A stretch of DNA of 55,917 nucleotides, filler included, from Basidioascus undulatus (Eukaryota), in assembly GCA_000826855.1 (NCBI GenBank). It is 5 parts of 5 records of this genome, joined end to end, with 100 filler letters (N's around TTAATTAATTAA, not from the genome) between each part and the next. Parts side by side here need not be neighbours in the genome. Positions count along the whole stretch, not along the records: positions 44,811 to 55,917 come from JTLS01001046.1; 4 more parts are not named here. One strand, written 5' to 3'. The translations under genes were made by a program, and so were the position numbers. The notes below the pieces were generated by a model. The model was given only the letters and a program-made list of their open reading frames with translations, had not been told where the DNA came from and ran no database searches. Of the stretch, positions 49,923 to 55,917 are shown in pieces; positions within the stretch are counted from its first letter, which is position 1, and every line of letters starts with the position of its first letter.

Positions 49923-50548
49923 ACGCTAGACTGGTTGCGTTTGGGAGAAAGATCGAGAGAGTTGAGCTAGGTACGAGTTTACTATGAGAGTATAGGTTCA
50001 TGGGGGAAGAGGATAAGGGCAAGAGGTACCGGTTGAAGGGAAGTCGTCGAAAGGCAGCCCAACGATCTCGACCCGGCCGGAATGTGGCTTGTTGAATCGC
50101 TTTGTCTGACAGTCTGCCCACCGGCCAATGTAAGATTCTGCGTGCCTGACGAAGTTTTGTATTCATTGAATGCATTCACTTAAGAGCGCCGCCATGAAAG
50201 CAAGCAGAGGAGTCAGGACGCCACGAGCCGAGTCCGCTGCTGCACGTTGCCGGCCCGGGCAGCGAGTTCGACTTGTGCGGGATGGTTTCAGCAAGGTCGG
50301 TACCCAAATAACGGAGAATCTTTGGCAATTCTACTTCATATTTACTTCGAAGCAACACCATAGCAGTGTCAGAAACATGTTAGGGCTTTTAGTCGACGCT
50401 GCATCTGCGCAGCACCAACTCGCAGCTATGATACAGAATCAGCGGCGGGAAGGTCGGAACGCTCGATGCGTACCACGGCGTTCCTTTTACTTTCGCCATC
50501 ACCACCCCCACCGTACACCTGCAGGGCAAACCTACAATATTGTCTACT

Positions 50549-52271
50549 ATGCGGGACAACCCCCAGCCCAGACAACCTCATCGCTATGCTCCTGACAACC
50601 ACGGGCATGTCGGGTCGGTCATGTGCGTTTTCCGTGGGTTGCGCCATGCTGCCTGGGTGGACATGGGTGCTGACCAGTTTTCTGTGGTTCATAGAACGAC
50701 CGTGCCTGCTGAGAAGAATGGCGAGGTCAGGGAGAAGCAGGTCAACGTGCGTATCCTTGGGGTGCCATGTCGGTATAGCAGCGAGCGGACTGACCACGCG
50801 TCCGGTGGACCGCTTCAGCCCAACAAGGTGTTCATCGGCGGCCTCCCTGACGACACCCAGCGGGACGACCTCTACGACTGCTTCTCTCAGCTGGGTGATG
50901 TGACCTCTATCCAGTTAAAGAAGGGCTTTGGGTGCGGTCGTCGTCCTCGACGACTTCGATAGCAGGGCCCCATCGCTCACGTCTTATTTCGGAGAACAGA
51001 TTCGTCGAGTTCAGCACGCGCGAAGCCGCGGACACGGCGGTTGTCACGTACAACGAAGGCAAGTTCCTCGGGAGCGTGATCAAAGTCGAGCACTCGCACG
51101 GTGGTGGAAAGACTGCGCGCTTTGAGAGCGCGCCGGACGCTTGCTTCAAGGTTCGTGTTGCATTATAATGGGCTTTGTCGTGCGGGGGAACCTGCTCACC
51201 TGTTGGTGGATGCAGTGCGGTGAGGCGGGCCACTGGGCAAAGCACTGCCCTCGCGTCGAGAACGGGTATGCTCCGCTGGCCGTCTTCTTCGCGCGTCCGT
51301 CGCTCTCCGCTAATCTGCTTAGTGCCCACAGCGACAGTGATCGCGACCGCGACCGTGACCGTGACTGCCGTCGCCGTTCTGACCCCAACGCTGACCGCTC
51401 TGGCCCTGGTCCGAATCGCGACCGGGGACCACACCCGCATCGCCGCTCAGGGCCGTACGACCGGCCTCCTCCCTCCTCGGCTCCTCGCGACCGAGAGCCC
51501 TACTCGCGTCCTCCTCCTGACCCGTACGGGTATCCACCTCGAGAGCGCTACCTTCCCGTTCGAGAGCCCTACCCTCCGGCTCGCGAGCCCTACGCTCCGT
51601 CTCGCGAGCCTGGCTATCCGCCTCGCGAGCCCTATCCTCCTCGCCGGGGATACTCTCGCGATGCATACCTCGATGCGGTGCCGACACCGCATGCACCGCC
51701 TTCCTCCGACCCTTACGCTCCCCGCCCAACATCGTACGACTGGTCTGCTCGTCCTGCACCTCCTCCCGCAGGCTACGGCCAGCCGTGGCACGACCCGTAC
51801 GGGGCCGCGTTGCCTCTTCCAGTTCCGCTGGCATCCTCTTCGGCTGCCTACGTAGCTCCATCTGCTCCTGCCGGCAGCTACGACTATTACGGACGTCCTC
51901 CCACGGCTGTTCCTGCTTCTCCCGCTGTGGCGCCTTATGATCGCGGTGCCGCGGCGTACCGCACTCGCTCGCCTCCTCCTCCCGTGCCTCCTCATGCTCA
52001 AGGCCATCCGCAACTCTACGGGTTTGTCTCTCCACTCAGAACCTTCCCACCCTCACCTCCAGCCTCGCCGTCGCCGCCTCCTGTCGCTTCTGCTTCACTC
52101 GTTCTCACTTCGCACTTCGCGCACCTTCCTCTCTCTAACAGTGGCCGCTCGGCCTCGCCTGCGCCGTACTACTCGCCCGCCCCGCCTGGCGGAGGGTACC
52201 CGGAGCGCTACTCGACCCCGCAGCAGCAACAGCCATCGCCGTACGGCAGGGACGCCCCGAGGCGGTACTAG
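50549..52271 (+). CDS. RRM + CCHC zinc-knuckle RNA-binding protein with RD- and P/Y-rich tail (SRSF7/RBM4-like architecture)
   Basis: RNP2 KVFIGGL, RNP1 KGFGFVEF, CFKCGEAGHWAKHC, DRDRDRDRD and a long P/Y-rich C-terminus. Confidence 0.88.
51540..51644 (+). repeat. Five degenerate 21-nt coding tandem repeats
   Basis: Units encode RERYLPV, REPYPPA, REPYAPS, REPGYPP and REPYPPR. Confidence 0.85.
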
Positions 52272-53284
52272 CCTGCTCGCCCGCCCACTCCCGGTCGCCC
52301 TCCCTGCGTTGTTGCCGTGACCCCTTCGTCTCTTGCTCCTCGTCCCGTCTCGCATCTGCTAGCCTTCTTGTGATTCTTCTACTGCATGTCGACCGCGAAA
52401 ACACGCCATGTTCGCCAGCGTCCATTTCATCCTTGACATACCCGCTCCCAAAACTTTCGATACTCGCAGCTGCTCCATCATGTAACACTCGCACACGTCC
52501 GCATCGTTGTCTCGTCTTTGTGCGCCTGGTGTGCCTGAAAACCGCTATGCTCAGTAGTTATCTCTCAAACGTTGCTGTGTTGTCTCGCCTTCGTCCCTCG
52601 TCGCTATCGCTCGCAATCTACTGCTCTTCTTGACCTGCTCTGTTCGAGGCTCTCGAGGTACTTTCGTTCCCGCGGCGTCAGGTGCTTCGTGATTACATGG
52701 TTGCTCGACCGACTTTCGTCCGTTTGAGCTGAGCTTGCTTAAAGCGGAGTCCATAACCGCTCGTCGTTGGGTCCTGGAAACAGGTGCTCTTGTCGTTGTA
52801 GCTACTCTGCCTGTGCAGTCGTTCGTTAGCCAGTCGCCTGTCCCTTCCCGTCCCATCTCTTTCGTTTCTTCTTGTCTTCCCTTTAGTTTCCACGCGCTTT
52901 TCCCGTCTCTTCCTCATGAATGATATTTTCCGTCAACTCTGTCTGGCAAGAGTGATGTTGGAGCGCATATTGACGCTGTCTGGCACGCATATGAGTCGCA
53001 TCGCCTTCAAGTGAGTGTCGCCCGAAAAAAATGAGCACAAACTGTTCTGGAAACATTGAGAGGCTTCTAGCGTATTGAGAGGGGACGGTCCCGGTTGCTG
53101 CGTCCGGCAGGGTGTTCTGGCGTACCCTGCAGCCGAGCTTACTGCGCACTTGATTTACCGCTTCCGTGGTTGCCCATATCTTGTAACTTATTCGTGCAGA
53201 CTTGGCACTCTCAGAACTCATGCCTGAAAAGGCCCCTCAGCTCACGAAACTCCTCTCGCACATTCCCTTGATCGCTCACTCACC

Positions 53285-55015
53285 ATGCGCATCTCCTCAT
53301 ACCACCGCCCAACTATCGCCTTCCTCTGTGTCGCCCCTGGCCTTTCGCACATCTTTTGCCACGCTAAAGGCCACCATAAATCTCCAAGTCACAAGCATCC
53401 GGTGCCACGAGCCAGGGTCTCCGAGCCGCTGCACACGCGCAAGACCAATACAGGCGCGAAGTGCACTGCGCTGACGATCTCGCTCGACGTCTCAGCGAGC
53501 AATACGCAGGTGCGCCATCTCACGGATTGAACTATTCTGGCGATGCATTGCTGATACTTAAGCGGTGGCGCTCCAGCTCTCCTTACGTCCGCCTGAGAGT
53601 CAGGCGGAGCTGACGTCCCTCATCTCGCGCTTCTTTTCAACGAGCGAGAACGTCACAGCGCAGGTGGTGGGTGGCCCGAAGACAGTCTCTGGGACCTACG
53701 ATATCTGGTCTGAGCTCTGCGTTCCTAATCCCTTCGACGACGGGGGAGAGGTGCAGCTTCTTGTGCATGGAATCCCTTTGTAAGTGGTCTGCTTAACGTG
53801 CAATCTTTGCCATCAGGCTTAACAACGGCGGAGATCCCTTCCAGCGACCACACGTACTGGAGCTTCGCCGATGCGGTCTCTTCGGCTGCGGGAGGCACAC
53901 GCAGGCTGGACATTAACCAAGCGTACAACTTCATCGATGCGGCACACAAGGCGGGCAGGGCGACCCTCGCATACGACCGACTCGGAGTCGGCAAATCTTC
54001 CACGCCTGAAGGGATCAACGTGGTTCAGGCGACGACTGAGGTGGGGGCAGAGCTCCAGGAGGATACACAGAGGACTTACTTATCGGAATAGGTCGAGATC
54101 GCGTATGGCATGACACAGCTGCTTTCGGGAGGCCTTGCCGGTTACCGCTTTGGGCGTGTTGTCGGCGTGGGACACTCTTTCGGAAGGTGCACACAGAGAC
54201 TCAGAGCCTTGTTGGACCTCTAAACTTGCAACTCACTTGGTCCTTCTCCCTGCTGCAGCATTCAGCTCATAGGCCTAGCCGCGCAGTATCCGCACGCGGT
54301 CGACGCTCTCGTCCTAACCGGTACGCCGAATGCACTACTACCCGAACTCCAGTGCTCCAAAGCTCATTTAGACATTCACTCCTAGGCTTTACCGCCAACG
54401 GTACAGCTCGCCCAATGGCCTTTTCCGGGTTCGGGACGACCATCGCCGCCGAGCAGGATCCCACGCGGTTCGACGACCTGCCGAAATCCTACGTGACCAC
54501 GCAGGCAGCCTCGAATGACGAGTTCTCGGTGATTGTTTATTCGTTCCAGGGACCTGTGTTCTAGTGCTGAGGCTGTGAAATAGTTTTTCTACTACCCCCA
54601 TTATGACCAGGCAGTCTTTGAGCAGCACGTCCGAACCAAGTCGACGTTCACCCTCGGCGAATTCTTCACCCTGCGCGCGCCCCTCGCTGAGCCGGCGAGA
54701 AAGTTCAAAGGACCAGTATACCTCATGGCTGGTGCAAAGGCTCGTCCACCCCCGTCCCTTCATCCTGAATGACTCTCCTCCCACACAAGTCTAACATTCT
54801 TCCGAGCTGAGCAGGACTTGATCTACTGCGGCGGGAACTGCTATAATGGGCCGGGCGGAGCTACGATCTTGGAGACCGTCAGGCCCCTGTTCCCCAGGGC
54901 CAGGAGGTTTGACACGTACATTGCGGAAGATACGGGGCACGCGATGGGGTTGCATGAGTCCGCGGGGCAGACGGCTAGGGAGGTGCAGAGGTGGTTGGGG
55001 CATGTGCTGGGGTAG
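53285..55015 (+). CDS. Probably secreted alpha/beta hydrolase
   Basis: GTYDIWSELCVP, VQLLVHGIPF.DHTYW, TLAYDRLGVGKSS, nucleophile elbow VGVGHSFGS, VDALVLTGF, DLIYCGGNC and TGHAMGLH. Confidence 0.88.
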
Positions 55016-55513
55016 CTAGCTGATAGCTTTATCGTTGGGAAGTTGTAGTTATGAACTACATGGAAATCATGAGAAGGGACTCTTTGAGAAAGTAAATCAG
55101 GGCCAGATCCGGTAGGGGACACGCTCTTGGTCTATTGACTGCCAAGGTCTTGTGCACCTTGGACAACGGTAGAAAAAATATCCGTGTAAGAAGTTGGAAG
55201 GGCACCATGTTCATGGTGAAGAGCGTTTGTTTGCCTCACGCACCTTCTTGCTTTCGATGGAACACTGGAGCGCTACATGTCCCGTGTTGCATGGAAATGG
55301 CCAAACATTAACCTCCCTAAGTGTCAACGTTTATGCCTTCTTGCAGCACACACACACATATAGACGCGTTGACCGATGGGTTGCGGATGCTCCTACCGCT
55401 ACATCGTACTTGGCACAGTGTACCTTGGTGTGTGTGGCCTTATGCAGGAACTTTAGCTCTCTCAAAGCCGTGCGGAGGAGGCTTCCAGACTTTCAGAATG
55501 CAGCATAATCATA

Positions 55514-55917
55514 TCAACCCCTCGGCACACCCTCGACGATCTCCTCATACTCGTCCTCCTCGCCCTCCCTCGCCGCCGCCTCCCCCTGCCCCTCACCCTC
55601 GCCCTCCCCTGCCCGAGCCTTCTTAAACCCGGATTCTTCTCTCTCCTCCTCGGAGCTCTTCAGCGCCGCCCAAATGCTCACCAGCACCGCCGCGCGGTAC
55701 ACGTCGTCAAAATCCTCGGGCGGGAGGCCCCGGTGGAACTGCAGCGCGGGGCGGTCCGCGTCGCTGTAGAAATGCCGCACGTGGTGCCGCGGGTGGCGGT
55801 ACGTTGCGAGGGGGGTGGTTGGCGTGGGAGAGGGAGCAGTGGAGGATAGTAACTGAAGGGAGGGAGGGGAGATGGATGGAAGGGCCGCATTGGGACGCGG
55901 GAGGGCCTTTTTCCTGC
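55514..55917 (-). CDS. 3' end of a hypothetical protein (partial)
   Basis: Coding-like exon RHFYSDADRPALQFHRGLPPEDFDDVYRAAVLVSIWAALK with an acidic tail, stop at 55514, preceded by a CT-rich intron-like stretch. Confidence 0.5.
   Translation of the reverse strand, partial: RKKALPRPNAALPSISPPSLQLLSSTAPSPTPTTPLATYRHPRHHVRHFYSDADRPALQFHRGLPPEDFDDVYRAAVLVSIWAALKSSEEEREESGFKKARAGEGEGEGQGEAAAREGEEDEYEEIVEGVPRG

Noticed and set aside
51540..51644. CRISPR-like array
   Set aside because: In-frame coding tandem repeats without spacers, in a eukaryotic gene.

Overview
Intron-rich, GC-rich fungal genomic DNA. The gene content and intron style point to a basidiomycete, possibly Pucciniomycotina (inference). 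The window is not one locus: five ~11-kb contigs are joined by artificial N44-TTAATTAATTAA-N44 linkers, so gene order across linkers means nothing. Contig 1 (1-11144): peroxisomal SCP-x-type thiolase, intron-containing tRNA-Ser(CGA), a small NDUFA4/B12D-like protein and a divergent histone H4/H3 pair. Contig 2 (11245-22377): secreted GH88 hydrolase, decayed ORF fragments and a partial ADIP/Msd1-like protein. Contig 3 (22478-33499): interrupted M35 deuterolysin, a frameshifted hypothetical gene, a CAP10/GT90 glycosyltransferase and BZZ1. Contig 4 (33600-44710): Rua1_C/DUF4451-like protein, a PTGR-type reductase with 3- and 6-nt microexons, ATG1 and a partial unknown gene. Contig 5 (44811-55917): partial Clp1 (clampless1)-like gene, a decayed MLKL-like TKL kinase followed by unrecognised exons, an RRM+CCHC protein, an alpha/beta hydrolase and a partial ORF. 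I found no intact, clearly novel multi-gene system. The best candidates for a second look are the MLKL-like kinase relic, the microexons, the variant H4 tail and the histone promoter motif. All family calls come from motifs recognised by eye, not from database searches.
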